From the UHGV virus genome UHGV-0039337: 64,000 nucleotides of DNA; one strand, 5' to 3'. Below are positions 45,801 to 56,769 of this stretch, piece after piece (position 1 is the stretch's first letter; each line of letters starts with the position of its first letter). The position numbers and the translations under genes were made by a program. Source of the DNA: a virus. A model generated the notes under the pieces. It was not told the origin of the DNA, made no database searches, and saw only the letters and a list, made by a program, of their open reading frames with translations.

Positions 45801-47993
45801 AACTTAAAAGAATCTTATGATATAACTAATAATAATACTATATATACAGAACAATATATAGTAGTACCGCCTAAAGGAATGACAGTAAGATATAAAACTT
45901 ATGATGGGACAACGCAAACAGAAAAACTATTAAAGACAGAAGTTATTGTTGCTGACGGTACTATGTTTAAAAAGTTACAGTATTCTAATATAGATAAAAT
46001 ATTAAGTATAAAAGCTAGATATAAAAATGACAATGTAGATGTTTATTATAATCTATTAAATGATGAAGGTATTATAGTTTGGAATAAGAAATTTGAAATA
46101 GGTACAGTGATAGAATTAAGTTACACAATAAAAAAACCAGTAGCTTTGGTGTTTGATTTAGATTTATTATATAAATTAACTGGATATACTGTAGAAACAT
46201 ATAAAAAACTTAATACGTATTATTTATCAGACATTGATAATGGTTCTACTTATGATTTACGTAACTTTGATGATTATGAAGATTCTGATTTAGCTTACAT
46301 ACAATGTAAAGAACCTACTTTTGAAAGTCAAATGCTTGATGAGTATATAGTAAAATTTAACAAGCATATGCAAGAAAAGAGTGTATTGGTAAAGACAGGT
46401 TATTATTATTTTAATGGAGTAGAATATTATTTATTTAGTGAAAAAGGAGAAAAACAACTAAAAAATAATCGTTATATAATTTACAACAATGTAGACGTTA
46501 ATGATGAATATTTACATACATATAAACGTAGCAATAACTATGTACGTAATAGCGAAATGTTGACACGTAACATAAATGATTTATATAGTTATGATTGTAA
46601 TATACCAATAGAATCTCCAAAATATAATAAATATACTGCATGTGATTCATATAATAACTGGAATACTTTTAATACAACTTTAACGCTAACAGAAGAATTA
46701 TATATAAAGAGACTGTTAAAAGAGGAAGACTATGAAGGCTTTAATAATGTGGCTTTAAAACTAACTGCTAATAAAACAAATGCAATAAATTACGCTTATA
46801 TAAATATAACAGAAAACATAAGTAATATCACTTATTTAACTCTTGCAGCTACATCAGATTTAACTATATATATTGCTGAGGAGTTTAAACTTGGAAAATT
46901 AGATCCTAAAACTGCTTTATCTATAGTTCCAATATATGAAGTTAAAGCTATACATAACTCATATATAAGAACTTGTAAGTTTAATACTAAACCTGATACT
47001 AGATATTATTTAATTGTAATTGGAGAAGGAGTAATTGACGATATAGTTATGTCAGATTCTTTAGCTAATACCGTTAATTATCATATTAAAAATATAGAAA
47101 AGTTAGGATTCTATTTTAATGAGTCCAAAGTTGAAGGAACTACTTATAAAATGCGTATAGATGACAATTTTAATAGCATAAATAGTGGAGCTAGCTTATG
47201 TAGTGATCATTATATAAGAACCGTAGGTAATATAACATGGAATGCTACTAAAGTTAAAACATATAACACTATGGAGGATTTTTTAAATCCTAATTGTTAT
47301 AAAGATGTAGAATTAATAATATCAGATTATATAAAATCTCCATCTACTACTAGTTGTAGATTTGTAACAGACTATATAGAAATAAATCCTAAAGTTATAA
47401 ATAGATTGTTTGTAAAAGTTAATGACGTATCAATTAATAACATGGACAATTTTAAGATTACATTGTTAGGAACATCTAATAAAAAAGTAAAAGATATAGA
47501 GATAACAACTGTTCATAATCATTTTGCTTTTGCTTATGGCAGTGACTTATTACGTTTTGTTAAAGCACAGATAGAAATACCTGAGAATTATGTGGTAGAT
47601 AAGATTGAGTTCTTAATAGAGTATAAAAGTGATAAAGATAATGCTCCTATTCTTACAGCACCATTAACAGGAAGTGTTATAAGTCCTGTATATGATAGTC
47701 AACAGGCTTTAATTTATAGCGTTAAAAATATAAACATTAACGATATCAGTAATATAAATGATGTAGATATTTATATAAGAGCCATGACTGAAGATAATAC
47801 TGCAGGAGTATGGAGTTTATGGAACAAATTAGAATTAATTAATATGGACGGCAAAGTAATATATGATTCAGTAAACACTAAGAAATTTTCATTTAATAGT
47901 ATGCCTGTAAGATATTTTCAATTTAAAATAGTATTAAAGTCAAGAAGCGCCTATATAAATCTCGACAGTATTGATATCGAGGTGGTGAATTAA
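42825..47993 (+). CDS. Very large baseplate/tail-fibre structural protein, ~1722 aa.
   Basis: The track start is TTG 42789. ATG 42825 is preferred because it follows the upstream stop and the RBS ggaggga. Position is downstream of the J-like gene. Confidence 0.5.
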   Translation: MFDYNKMIQRAVQFFPTWSDIRKRHKTSTGGKLIGSTLEEICELEDAIKEYTKYYFLDTYEGHEDEIVAFSYKFAIGIIDDLTTVNVKYKKENIIITEDIDKLLAHNLIAYYEGGNIYINDSINPSDISIFINKDKIDATYDLVSVWNIFDEFACFVDVQRHPGETNSQLVKRILYRTRYKPNASIEGLQNAIMTELLTEFPDINRDEIQIEQVNDKNLRQAYKDFDTLLDFLNSINCDVYRWKRWDLNEWKHNFKSISYIPTLWNESITNFKNGIGYNDDCKVSIASNIQKTDATITLYNKSKETMNKYLADKKLEKDITFQFKKYNDILNFNTVNYTIQAAKLSRLYPEKIKMNMYQKINTVSEVSVGSIFKFGHGITPNRSNCIIEDAYPYRFKFEPKNNNKDIEISECTVTYVNTTTNEPVEVVNLLKNKTGFKINAFGSLVSNSIRKSITKVEDFDSKNYNNFKNLDNNKGIQMTGTVGTGVKTLYNLGGQKVSYNASCEPSLITKEMDLIELDSVYGVWDKNNINFYPNDLNKKAIIKLKANQFSFDVLSNNTVDVMVRYNTKGNYDIIEKAASGTTWKTKEFDIPQYMEIVISSKAKENIKIGNFKYSNYTVKFQYKTANDSTYRDLYNNILPINNNISFKVIVSSSSGSNPIIHGIYIGSNLKNTTYVTDSFPPKNNTYREIEITTNAKVTLVKRDIFDSKDALYTENYDPIVSYIAKDNDAYIRLDLSEYSNINNINTTIGQIQKTEESGASYYNLLLTKGQEIKRITIDGIKDKATYEVSLLDIVNKELKEPFNVTKDTLYCSLLTKGVIVVKNSDDGQVQLLSLNSSLFYGTEGVRYEFVNIPDNIGVVWGVGDGLYSDSVTGSFDYVSFYEEGSVIHTAHNSYNLFINEMKNVSVAENFTYPDLYNNKLLYFYTVTTNTDNTGVRFYNYLDEGKTFDDLVDWSIGLKNLYIKNTNDYNNESIYSISVLDYTDKCVLNEYINLKESYDITNNNTIYTEQYIVVPPKGMTVRYKTYDGTTQTEKLLKTEVIVADGTMFKKLQYSNIDKILSIKARYKNDNVDVYYNLLNDEGIIVWNKKFEIGTVIELSYTIKKPVALVFDLDLLYKLTGYTVETYKKLNTYYLSDIDNGSTYDLRNFDDYEDSDLAYIQCKEPTFESQMLDEYIVKFNKHMQEKSVLVKTGYYYFNGVEYYLFSEKGEKQLKNNRYIIYNNVDVNDEYLHTYKRSNNYVRNSEMLTRNINDLYSYDCNIPIESPKYNKYTACDSYNNWNTFNTTLTLTEELYIKRLLKEEDYEGFNNVALKLTANKTNAINYAYINITENISNITYLTLAATSDLTIYIAEEFKLGKLDPKTALSIVPIYEVKAIHNSYIRTCKFNTKPDTRYYLIVIGEGVIDDIVMSDSLANTVNYHIKNIEKLGFYFNESKVEGTTYKMRIDDNFNSINSGASLCSDHYIRTVGNITWNATKVKTYNTMEDFLNPNCYKDVELIISDYIKSPSTTSCRFVTDYIEINPKVINRLFVKVNDVSINNMDNFKITLLGTSNKKVKDIEITTVHNHFAFAYGSDLLRFVKAQIEIPENYVVDKIEFLIEYKSDKDNAPILTAPLTGSVISPVYDSQQALIYSVKNININDISNINDVDIYIRAMTEDNTAGVWSLWNKLELINMDGKVIYDSVNTKKFSFNSMPVRYFQFKIVLKSRSAYINLDSIDIEVVN

Positions 47994-49853
47994 TTGATTC
48001 AGTATAATAGCAGAATAACGGTTAATAAAGGCATAAAATTTTATGAACAAGATATTATGTATGATGACTATTTATATTCTGATAATATAGACATAACCTT
48101 GAATTTGGAATATGCAAATCCAGGTTTTGGAATTGCTCTCATAAATAGTGGGGGCAATTCTATTATAAATAATAGTTTTATAATGTTTAAGCTAGGTAAT
48201 GGTATTTTTGAAATAATACAAAAAGATATAAATAATCATTTATCTGTTTTGTTTTCTACATCAGCTTCTTCAGCGAAACCATATACAAATGATTTACTCT
48301 TTAAAATCAGTAAGAGAAATAATAGCTATACCTTTACAATAGGTAACCTAGAATTAAAGAACATATCCTTGTCAACAGAAATTAACAATTATATAATAGG
48401 CTATTATTCTAATAAGGATAATGTTATTAAGTCAATTAATATAGCTTCTTCTATTCCTTATGATTGGAACGTAAATATGAGGAACACTGGTGGAGGATAC
48501 ATAAACTTTGTAAGAGATGGTTTTGAATTGAGTAACTGTAAATCAAAAGCAGAGATAGAACAGTTAAATATTTCTTTAGAAAGAGGAACTTATTATTTAA
48601 AATATATTGAGAGCAATAACTGTGATATACAATCTTATGTTTTTAGTTCTCAGGACGAAAGACTAACTGATGAAGAAAAAAACATATTAAATAAAAATAA
48701 CCAGTTCACATTACAACAGCCTACTAATGTCTCTCTTAAATTTACAGGAACTAAAGGTTCTATATCATATATATGCATAACAACAGAAAGTGATAATGAT
48801 TATATAAGAACGAATATAGAAAATGGACAGTATAAAGAAATACTAGGAAGTAGTATAAAGTTTTTATTATCTGATATAAAGTATTTTGAGTTTTTTGCTA
48901 CTATTAATAATGCACCGGGAAACGATCATTATCATCCAATGGAATATAGTATTATAGAAATAGGCGGACAAACATATGGGTTATATGATTTAATGATATC
49001 AGAAACTGTAGAATATAAATATGTCTATGATTCAGGTACTATTAACATATATGATCAAAATAATATAAAACATTGGATGCAAACAACAAATCTTAGCAAT
49101 TATATATCGATATTCAATAATGTAAGTGGATACATTCATGATATAAAAATAATAGATAATAACAACAATGAACATTATATAGGAGTACATAATGAAATTA
49201 CTAAATATGTTCCAGGTTTAATACAATCACCTATAATCGTATTAGATAAAGCTAGAGATGATGAGAACGCAATTCCTCTTGATTTGTCTTCAAGTTATAG
49301 AGTTATTGATAAAGCTAATGGACCATATTATTACTTTACAAATGTAGAAAGAGAATATTTTAAAGCTAAACATCATTTAACATTAGAGAAGCTGCCATTA
49401 CAAGAAAGAGGTAGTGTTAAAATATATCTAATAGATAAAGACGCTGTTTTCAATCTTGATAAATTACTTTGTATTCCCGATAAAGGAAAAAACGTTATAA
49501 TGGATACTATAGATATGTGTGTTGATGGACAATACTTAACAATAACTGAAGATGAATATAATAGCTTTGGTGTAGTACTATATAGAGAAACTGGAGAAAT
49601 AATTTTTAATGCTGATTTAAGTGAGTATAGTTATATTATTGTAGATTATATGAAAAACGATTCATACGCTATTAACTTTGACTATGAGCGCCAAGCATAT
49701 TCTGTTGATGTATCTACTATTAATAAAACAGTAAGTGTTATATATGATAACATAGAAACAACTATAGGATCATATGAGTATATCAATGAACAACAATTTG
49801 TTGATAGTAAAATAATTCCTTCTGAAAATTGTTATATAGTTATAGGTAGATAA
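47994..49853 (+). CDS. Hypothetical tail/baseplate structural protein, 619 aa.
   Basis: TTG start with the strong RBS gaggtggtga, 5 nt spacing, directly after the upstream stop. Confidence 0.45.
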   Translation: MIQYNSRITVNKGIKFYEQDIMYDDYLYSDNIDITLNLEYANPGFGIALINSGGNSIINNSFIMFKLGNGIFEIIQKDINNHLSVLFSTSASSAKPYTNDLLFKISKRNNSYTFTIGNLELKNISLSTEINNYIIGYYSNKDNVIKSINIASSIPYDWNVNMRNTGGGYINFVRDGFELSNCKSKAEIEQLNISLERGTYYLKYIESNNCDIQSYVFSSQDERLTDEEKNILNKNNQFTLQQPTNVSLKFTGTKGSISYICITTESDNDYIRTNIENGQYKEILGSSIKFLLSDIKYFEFFATINNAPGNDHYHPMEYSIIEIGGQTYGLYDLMISETVEYKYVYDSGTINIYDQNNIKHWMQTTNLSNYISIFNNVSGYIHDIKIIDNNNNEHYIGVHNEITKYVPGLIQSPIIVLDKARDDENAIPLDLSSSYRVIDKANGPYYYFTNVEREYFKAKHHLTLEKLPLQERGSVKIYLIDKDAVFNLDKLLCIPDKGKNVIMDTIDMCVDGQYLTITEDEYNSFGVVLYRETGEIIFNADLSEYSYIIVDYMKNDSYAINFDYERQAYSVDVSTINKTVSVIYDNIETTIGSYEYINEQQFVDSKIIPSENCYIVIGR

Positions 49854-49864
49854 GGAGTGAATTT

Positions 49865-51724
49865 ATGAAAATATACCCTAGTAAACATAATATTAAATCA
49901 ATACCCACATCTAAAGTAGACACTGATTTAAATATACCGTTAGCATATATCAATGTAGATTATACAAAAAATAAAGTTTCTAAATTAGTTGATGCTAATT
50001 TTTCAGTAAATAAGAAAACCATATTATATCCTGAACAGATATTTAGTAATAAAGAATTTAAAATATTTAATAAACTAGAAGAAGAAATAACTAATAAAGA
50101 TAACTTATTTTATTATACGAATGAACAGTATATGTTTTATCCAAATAATACAGTAAAGTTTAATCCTAAAAAGTTTGTATGGAAAGCTACAGTAAAACGA
50201 AATTTCACATACAGTATTTCTAATACATATAATATAAACATAGGATGCAAATACAATGAAGATCTTAATAAAAGATTAATAAGTGCTTTTATGAATCCAT
50301 CAGAAAGGGATTTATTAGTGCATAGTAATATAAAAATCAATAACAATGAGACAAACTATTCTACATTCTCATCTTTAGAAGATAGTAATATAGATTTTAT
50401 GTTTATCAAAAGTCATAATTGTAAACATTACGATAGCAAACAAACATTAGAAGTAGAAACTGATAGCTTTCTTAAAAGTCATACAAATATATGGTTCGGT
50501 TGTGAAGATGCCGTAGCTTTAAATGAAAGTTATAAAATGCTATTAAGCACAACTCCTGTATCATTTAAAATAGCTAATCCTATCATAACAAAAGAATGTA
50601 CCATAGATTCTTCTTATTATTTTGATTTATCTACTATTAATACTCCTGTAGGTATTACAATTCATAACATATTTGATACTACACTCGTTCCAGCTTTAAT
50701 ATTAGAATATGAAGGTTTTGGTTTTGTAGTCATTACATCATATACTGTATTAAATGAACCATTAAAATATGAAAGTTTTATGTATGAAATTATGATGTAT
50801 ATATACACAAGAGCATATAAGTCTACAGAATATGTAAATGATTGGATAACATATAAATTACCTGACTACGAAGTAAATGACGGAATATATTCTATTAAAT
50901 CAGGGTTTGTATCTAAAAAGAGTATAGTATCTCTGTTAAATTTAACTGATGATTATAACTTAGTTAGTATGGATATAAAAGACGATGATACTATTCGTAC
51001 ATTATTATCTGAAGAAAATGCAGATTCTACTAATGGCACTATAGTATGTACTGGACAAAACAATGGTAGACCTATATTTGCCATTAATGGTATATTAACA
51101 GGTTATATAGAACCAGATAAACCTATTGGTTGGAAAAGTATTTACTGTAATGGTTATATCTATTATTTAGAGAAACTTTATTATTTAATAGAGGAAGATA
51201 TAACTAATAAGATTATAATAGCAGAAAAGGATGACAATTTAATAGTTAAGCTATATGGTTTTAAGTCTAGTAAGTTTAATATTAATAAACAGTCTGACAG
51301 TACACTGCAAATACCTTATATAAAAACAGATGGTGAATTAACACAACGTATTAAAGAAGCAGAATATACTGTATATTATAAAAAACCATATGATAAGATT
51401 GGTTTTTGTTATGCTGAAGATTACGTAGAAGATGAAAACAAATATAAGTTATTTAATGTAATAATAGAACAAACAGATGAGTCGATAGAAGTTTATGACA
51501 TGAGACAATTGGGTGGCGGATTATCAGAAGAAGAACCTGATGATTTTGAACTATTGGACATAGGACATATAAATGGTAGACCTTATAGAGTAGCAGGTGC
51601 GTTAGTTTTAACTATGCCTACTAAATATAAAGAATATGATAAATATATACAGAAAGCAATAAATAAATATAAAACAGCTGAAGATTATATAGCTGTATTT
51701 TATAAAGATAAGGAGGATGAATAA
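49865..51724 (+). CDS. Hypothetical tail/baseplate structural protein, 619 aa.
   Basis: RBS aaggagtga. Confidence 0.45.
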   Translation: MKIYPSKHNIKSIPTSKVDTDLNIPLAYINVDYTKNKVSKLVDANFSVNKKTILYPEQIFSNKEFKIFNKLEEEITNKDNLFYYTNEQYMFYPNNTVKFNPKKFVWKATVKRNFTYSISNTYNINIGCKYNEDLNKRLISAFMNPSERDLLVHSNIKINNNETNYSTFSSLEDSNIDFMFIKSHNCKHYDSKQTLEVETDSFLKSHTNIWFGCEDAVALNESYKMLLSTTPVSFKIANPIITKECTIDSSYYFDLSTINTPVGITIHNIFDTTLVPALILEYEGFGFVVITSYTVLNEPLKYESFMYEIMMYIYTRAYKSTEYVNDWITYKLPDYEVNDGIYSIKSGFVSKKSIVSLLNLTDDYNLVSMDIKDDDTIRTLLSEENADSTNGTIVCTGQNNGRPIFAINGILTGYIEPDKPIGWKSIYCNGYIYYLEKLYYLIEEDITNKIIIAEKDDNLIVKLYGFKSSKFNINKQSDSTLQIPYIKTDGELTQRIKEAEYTVYYKKPYDKIGFCYAEDYVEDENKYKLFNVIIEQTDESIEVYDMRQLGGGLSEEEPDDFELLDIGHINGRPYRVAGALVLTMPTKYKEYDKYIQKAINKYKTAEDYIAVFYKDKEDE

Positions 51725-51729
51725 GGCTA

Positions 51730-54255
51730 ATGAGTATGCATATAATTAATTTTTCGGATGGCATTAGAAGTGAAGAGATTCAAGATAACTTTGAAATTCT
51801 TGACAATCAAATAAAAAGAACTCGATTATCTGTAGGAGGTTCAGGAATAGCGTCAGGGTTAAACGTCACTCCAATAGTAACTAATGAACAATTTGCCATA
51901 AAGTTATCTGCATCTTCTATTATAGATAAAAATGGTAATGAAACCTTTATTAATGAGCAGATAATAAATATAGAAAGACCTAGACTATCAAAACAATGTG
52001 AATATTTAAATGCTGACGTTAATAATCAAGTACAGTTAAAAGAAGTTCCTTATATGCTTGATAGAAAACAACCAGTACAATATGGAAACACTTTGTCTAG
52101 TTTATATACAGGAATTAAGATATCATATCAAAATTCTGCATCTACAGATGATTATATAAGAGTTAAATCTGTTAATGGTAAAGTATTAACTCTTACTGGA
52201 TTAACTAGACGTCAAGTAATAGTAAATTATTATAGTACAGCTAAACGTATAGATACAATATATTTAGATGAAAATAATAATGTGTGTGTAAAAGCATCTA
52301 GTATTACTTCTACTACTCCATCAGCAATATTGCCAGAAAAATATAACTATTTAATAGCCTATATATTAATAGACAATAATTATATAAATAATAGTAATGA
52401 TACTCCGCATGCTAATATTGTACTAAAAAAGGATTTACGTAAAACACGTAATATATATACTGATGAAAATGGAACATTATATTTAAATGGAGTTGCCTTT
52501 AATGACTTACATTTAATAACAACAGAAGAGCCTGCTGATCCTAAACCTAATCAATTATGGCTTAAAGGTAATACGCTTTATGTATGGCAAGCAATAGATA
52601 ATTATACTTATAAAAGAAATATAGAAATAACTAACTCATATGATTTTGTAGGATATCATGATATACAAACTAATATAGACTACTGCGTCAATAAAGATCA
52701 ACTTAAAGTTTATATAAATTCAGTTCAATTACAAGAAACAGAATATGATGAACTATTCGGAGGCATACCAACATCTATACAAGATATACCCGCTAATACA
52801 TATAGTAATAAGTTTAGAATATATAAAGATTTTGTGGTAGGAGATATCATTACATATACAATAACATTTAATGAATCCGGTTTTAAATGGGTACCAATTA
52901 ATAAAGAATCTTATGTAAGAACTAGAGAATACAAAGTATATGGAGTCGATGATAGCTGGCCTAACAATAATTATTGGACATCGAACCAAGCGTTATCTTT
53001 AGATAAAGATGAGAAAGGGTATCCTTATAAATATACTTATTTTATATTCGATGCTAACACTGATAGAAATATGTTATTTTCTCCGGCGAATAATGAAATT
53101 GATGTTATAATCAATCAAATGCCATTGCATAAAGATCAATATAGTGAAATAACATTAGATATACTTGATACATTACCTGAAAGTGTTAGAAACGCTATTA
53201 GAGACGTTTATGGTTGGAGTAATGATGTAATACATAGAATGAATGAATTATATGATGATATAGGTATCGGTATAATGTTAAATAATCCTCTGGATTCTAT
53301 ATATAATGAAGGATTATTTAATAGCAACAATATAATGATAAATGAACATGAATTATATGTTGAGATAATTGCTAATAGATCATGCTCTAGTGTTAATAAT
53401 AAACGCAAATTGCAGAGAGCTTCTACATTTATATTTGAAAACAGTTTTATTGTAGATAATACCTTTAATACAATTGTAGACCTTGGAGATAAATATTATA
53501 GATACAACGAAAATCAACTTGATGTATATATTAATGGAATTAGAATGACTAAAGATATTGATTATATCGAAGGAATTGATTTAGATAACGATTTAAATGA
53601 TGAAGCTGTCATGTTAAGAACTAGAGGAACCATAAGTAAACAATTTAAAATTAAACGCCCTCTTAATATTGGTGATGTAATTAGTTATAAAATAACTAGT
53701 AGCTTTTATTCATATGATCACATTAATAGTCTGATAGATAAATTAGAAACTGATCAGGAAGCATGCAATGCTAAAGTGGAAACATTGTATGATTCTACAA
53801 TGAAGCTACATGATAATACTAATGCAGTAATAAGCGATATGCAAAACCAATTAAATATATATATTGGTAATGCAAACGATTCATTAAATAGTTATTTAAC
53901 TCAAGATTCTATAATATCAGAAAGTCAATTATCACCTGATGTAGTTAATAAAATCCCTCAATCAATAGACCATATACATCATGTAATTACATTTGGAACT
54001 TACAATAACATAGGATACGACGTATCAAATTATTTAAGAGAAGAAGATTTTATATTAATTTGGTGGAGAGATATAGCTAATGGTAATATAGATAGAATGT
54101 TATTACCTGATGAAGATTATACATTAGAAACAGAAATGAATAATGCAGGAACTATAAACGTATACCTAAAATTATCTGACAATGTATTAAATAATATCAA
54201 AACAGATGATAAACTTATCATTAGAGGTATAAAATTTGGAAGGGACGGTAGATAA
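51730..54255 (+). CDS. Hypothetical tail-fibre/baseplate structural protein, 841 aa.
   Basis: RBS aaggagga upstream. Long ORF. Confidence 0.45.
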   Translation: MSMHIINFSDGIRSEEIQDNFEILDNQIKRTRLSVGGSGIASGLNVTPIVTNEQFAIKLSASSIIDKNGNETFINEQIINIERPRLSKQCEYLNADVNNQVQLKEVPYMLDRKQPVQYGNTLSSLYTGIKISYQNSASTDDYIRVKSVNGKVLTLTGLTRRQVIVNYYSTAKRIDTIYLDENNNVCVKASSITSTTPSAILPEKYNYLIAYILIDNNYINNSNDTPHANIVLKKDLRKTRNIYTDENGTLYLNGVAFNDLHLITTEEPADPKPNQLWLKGNTLYVWQAIDNYTYKRNIEITNSYDFVGYHDIQTNIDYCVNKDQLKVYINSVQLQETEYDELFGGIPTSIQDIPANTYSNKFRIYKDFVVGDIITYTITFNESGFKWVPINKESYVRTREYKVYGVDDSWPNNNYWTSNQALSLDKDEKGYPYKYTYFIFDANTDRNMLFSPANNEIDVIINQMPLHKDQYSEITLDILDTLPESVRNAIRDVYGWSNDVIHRMNELYDDIGIGIMLNNPLDSIYNEGLFNSNNIMINEHELYVEIIANRSCSSVNNKRKLQRASTFIFENSFIVDNTFNTIVDLGDKYYRYNENQLDVYINGIRMTKDIDYIEGIDLDNDLNDEAVMLRTRGTISKQFKIKRPLNIGDVISYKITSSFYSYDHINSLIDKLETDQEACNAKVETLYDSTMKLHDNTNAVISDMQNQLNIYIGNANDSLNSYLTQDSIISESQLSPDVVNKIPQSIDHIHHVITFGTYNNIGYDVSNYLREEDFILIWWRDIANGNIDRMLLPDEDYTLETEMNNAGTINVYLKLSDNVLNNIKTDDKLIIRGIKFGRDGR

Positions 54256-54257
54256 AT

Positions 54258-54665
54258 ATGAGTGCTAAAATATCTTGGATGGTTTACGATGACGAAATAT
54301 TTTTACCGTACAATACTTATATGGCAGATGGAGTTTACACTACAGATGAAACTATAGTAAAAAGGATACAAGTGTGGAACAATTATCGTGGTTCTACTGA
54401 AGTTGATGATATTACAAACGCTAAATTAATATTATCTTTTAAACAATATGAGGATAATTTTTTATTAAATCTTTTGAAAGTTAAATCAATAGATGATAAT
54501 ACAATATTAACTCCTACAATTGATATTGATAGAGTAATATATAATCTTGGTAGTTTATACGGAAATGCTGGAGGAACTTATAAAGAAATAGAACTTAGTA
54601 TAGGTCCCTTACCTGCTAATTTAAAATCCGAACTAAAATCTTTAGTATTCTATTTAGAATATTAA
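54258..54665 (+). CDS. Hypothetical small protein, 135 aa.
   Basis: Translationally coupled ORF. Confidence 0.4.
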   Translation: MSAKISWMVYDDEIFLPYNTYMADGVYTTDETIVKRIQVWNNYRGSTEVDDITNAKLILSFKQYEDNFLLNLLKVKSIDDNTILTPTIDIDRVIYNLGSLYGNAGGTYKEIELSIGPLPANLKSELKSLVFYLEY

Positions 54666-54679
54666 AAGGCGGTGTTTAT

Positions 54680-56407
54680 ATGGCTATATCAAAGGAAATT
54701 AAAGATTATATAGATTGTTCCTTAAAGAACTTAAAAATCAAAAATTCTATAGCTAACGGTAGTCGTAAAGAAGGTAGCGAAATAGGAGAAAATAGTATTA
54801 TATCAGGAGTTAATAATATATCTGACGCTCCTTACTCTGCTGCTATAGGTTCTAACAATGAGGTTTATTTTGGTGCTAATAGCGCAATGGCTCTTGGTGA
54901 AGGAACTAAAGCGTATTCAAAATATCAATTAGTTCATGGTAAATACAACGATTTAGATGCTAATAATATTTACGCACATATTGTAGGCGGAGGAGAATAT
55001 GATAATCCTAAAAACATTTATACATTAGACTGGAAAGGTAATGCTGAATTTGCTGGATCAATTAAAACAAATTCTTTACCAGAAACTGATAACAGTTTGA
55101 TTAATCTTAAATTTTTTAATTCAAACATTCCTATTAAATTTTTTCCATATACTGAAATAGATGATAATATTATTAATATATACGTAAATGATCTTGATCC
55201 TTATACCATATATAAGGTAAAAATGGAAAAAATGTATTCTAAAATAAATTTTGTTACAAGAATTAACGGTATGGATGTAATATTTTTATCTTCTGATTCT
55301 AGTATAAATAAATATAATATGTTTGTTAGCTCTAAAAACAATACAAGTATGACATTTATCGTGAATTCTGTAATGTATAAAATAGATTTAACTACTGGAA
55401 AAGTTATTAAAAAGTATGATAAAGCTTTTGCTGGTCCTGGTACTGGAGTAGGAGAAGAAGGTATCACCTCTCTTATAGATGATACTGCTACTATTGATCC
55501 TAATAAAACATGGAGTACTTACAAATTAACAAATGAATTTAATCAATTAACTAATGCTTTAAATAAAGCTTTTAATAGAGTAGAAATAGAGGATAAATAT
55601 ATTGTATTTTATAATGATAATATCGAACTTGATAAAATAGAAATATCTAAATTATTAAGTTTATCAAAAGGTAATCCAGGACAAATACTTTCAATAGGAC
55701 CTGACGGAAAAACTATTTGGATAGATAATACAACTGGCACTGGAGGGGTAAATAGCTTATCTGATTTGTCATACAATAATTCATCTTACCCAAATATAAC
55801 TAATGCTCAACAAGCATTAGATGAATTATTGTATACACCTCCTTCTATTACTTCGTTCACTTCTAATCCTAAAGCTGGAAATTTTGAAATAGGTAGTACA
55901 ATAATTGCGCCTATTACATTTAATTGGACTATTAATAAAAGCATTGTAAATCAAATATTATCTGATGTAGGAAATATACCAATTGATACATTTACTGCTC
56001 AATGTGATAATAGTATAACAAACAATAAAATATTTACGCTAACTGTATCGGATGGTAAAAAATCAGCATCAAAATCTTTAGGATTTTATTTTAAACATCC
56101 TAAATACTGGGGGGCTTCTGTAATTCCGGATTCATATGATAATAATTTTATATTAAATTTATCTGGTTATGAGCTTTCAGATTCTAAAGCTAGCAAATTT
56201 ACAGTAAATGCTAGTATTAATCAATATATATTTTTTTGTATTCCTTCTTCTTGGGGGACTCCAATATTTAACGTTGGAGGATTTGATGGCGGTTTTTATA
56301 AAATTACTGAATTAAATTTTACTAATAACTCTGGATATGCAGAAACATATGCAATTTGGAGATCAGATAATCAAAATTTAGGTTCTCAAATTATTACTGT
56401 AAAGTAG
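54680..56407 (+). CDS. Putative tail fibre / receptor-binding protein, 575 aa.
   Basis: RBS aaggcggtg. N-terminal Gly/Ala/Asn-rich stretch (GVNNISDAPYSAAIGSNNEVYFGANSAMALGEGTKA) typical of fibre shafts. Confidence 0.4.
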   Translation: MAISKEIKDYIDCSLKNLKIKNSIANGSRKEGSEIGENSIISGVNNISDAPYSAAIGSNNEVYFGANSAMALGEGTKAYSKYQLVHGKYNDLDANNIYAHIVGGGEYDNPKNIYTLDWKGNAEFAGSIKTNSLPETDNSLINLKFFNSNIPIKFFPYTEIDDNIINIYVNDLDPYTIYKVKMEKMYSKINFVTRINGMDVIFLSSDSSINKYNMFVSSKNNTSMTFIVNSVMYKIDLTTGKVIKKYDKAFAGPGTGVGEEGITSLIDDTATIDPNKTWSTYKLTNEFNQLTNALNKAFNRVEIEDKYIVFYNDNIELDKIEISKLLSLSKGNPGQILSIGPDGKTIWIDNTTGTGGVNSLSDLSYNNSSYPNITNAQQALDELLYTPPSITSFTSNPKAGNFEIGSTIIAPITFNWTINKSIVNQILSDVGNIPIDTFTAQCDNSITNNKIFTLTVSDGKKSASKSLGFYFKHPKYWGASVIPDSYDNNFILNLSGYELSDSKASKFTVNASINQYIFFCIPSSWGTPIFNVGGFDGGFYKITELNFTNNSGYAETYAIWRSDNQNLGSQIITVK

Positions 56408-56416
56408 GTGATACTA

Positions 56417-56719
56417 ATGGCTTCAGGAATACCTTTAATAAGTAATATACAGCAGGCAAATAACGGTGAATTTTGGTTAGTAGATAGCAATGCTATATAT
56501 GGTGGCTTATATCATGTAAGCACACAAGATCAAATGAAAACCTTACCAGAGATTAGATTAAAACCAGGAATGTTATGCTATGTATCGAATGAAGATGCAT
56601 ATTACAAATATAAAGATAATGAATGGACTAAATGGAGTTTAGGTGAAAACGCTAATGATATTATTTCAGAAGAAGAGATTCAAAAAATGATTAATATATT
56701 TAAGTCTGACACGGTCTAA
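56417..56719 (+). CDS. Small protein, ~100 aa; possible fibre-associated or fibre-assembly protein.
   Basis: The track start is GTG 56408. ATG 56417 with the RBS aagtaggtga is preferred. Confidence 0.4.
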   Translation: MASGIPLISNIQQANNGEFWLVDSNAIYGGLYHVSTQDQMKTLPEIRLKPGMLCYVSNEDAYYKYKDNEWTKWSLGENANDIISEEEIQKMINIFKSDTV

Positions 56720-56733
56720 TACCGTGTCTTTTT
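56708..56733 (+). terminator. Rho-independent terminator overlapping the stop codon of the upstream small gene.
   Basis: Perfect 8-bp stem gacacggt/accgtgtc, loop ctaat (containing the TAA stop), followed by ttttt. Confidence 0.55.
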
Positions 56734-56769
56734 ATGTGTAATATTTTAATAGTGAAGGTGGTGAGTCAA

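Noticed and set aside
47994-51724. Two consecutive ORFs of exactly 619 aa, suggesting a tandem duplication.
   Set aside because: No recognisable sequence similarity between the two proteins. The equal length appears coincidental.
56734-56769. ORF-track start at ATG 56734 (MCNILIVKVVSQ...) for the first HxH fibre gene.
   Set aside because: The first 12 codons overlap the terminator T-tract and contain the RBS (gaaggtggtga) for ATG 56770. The downstream ATG is the likelier start.
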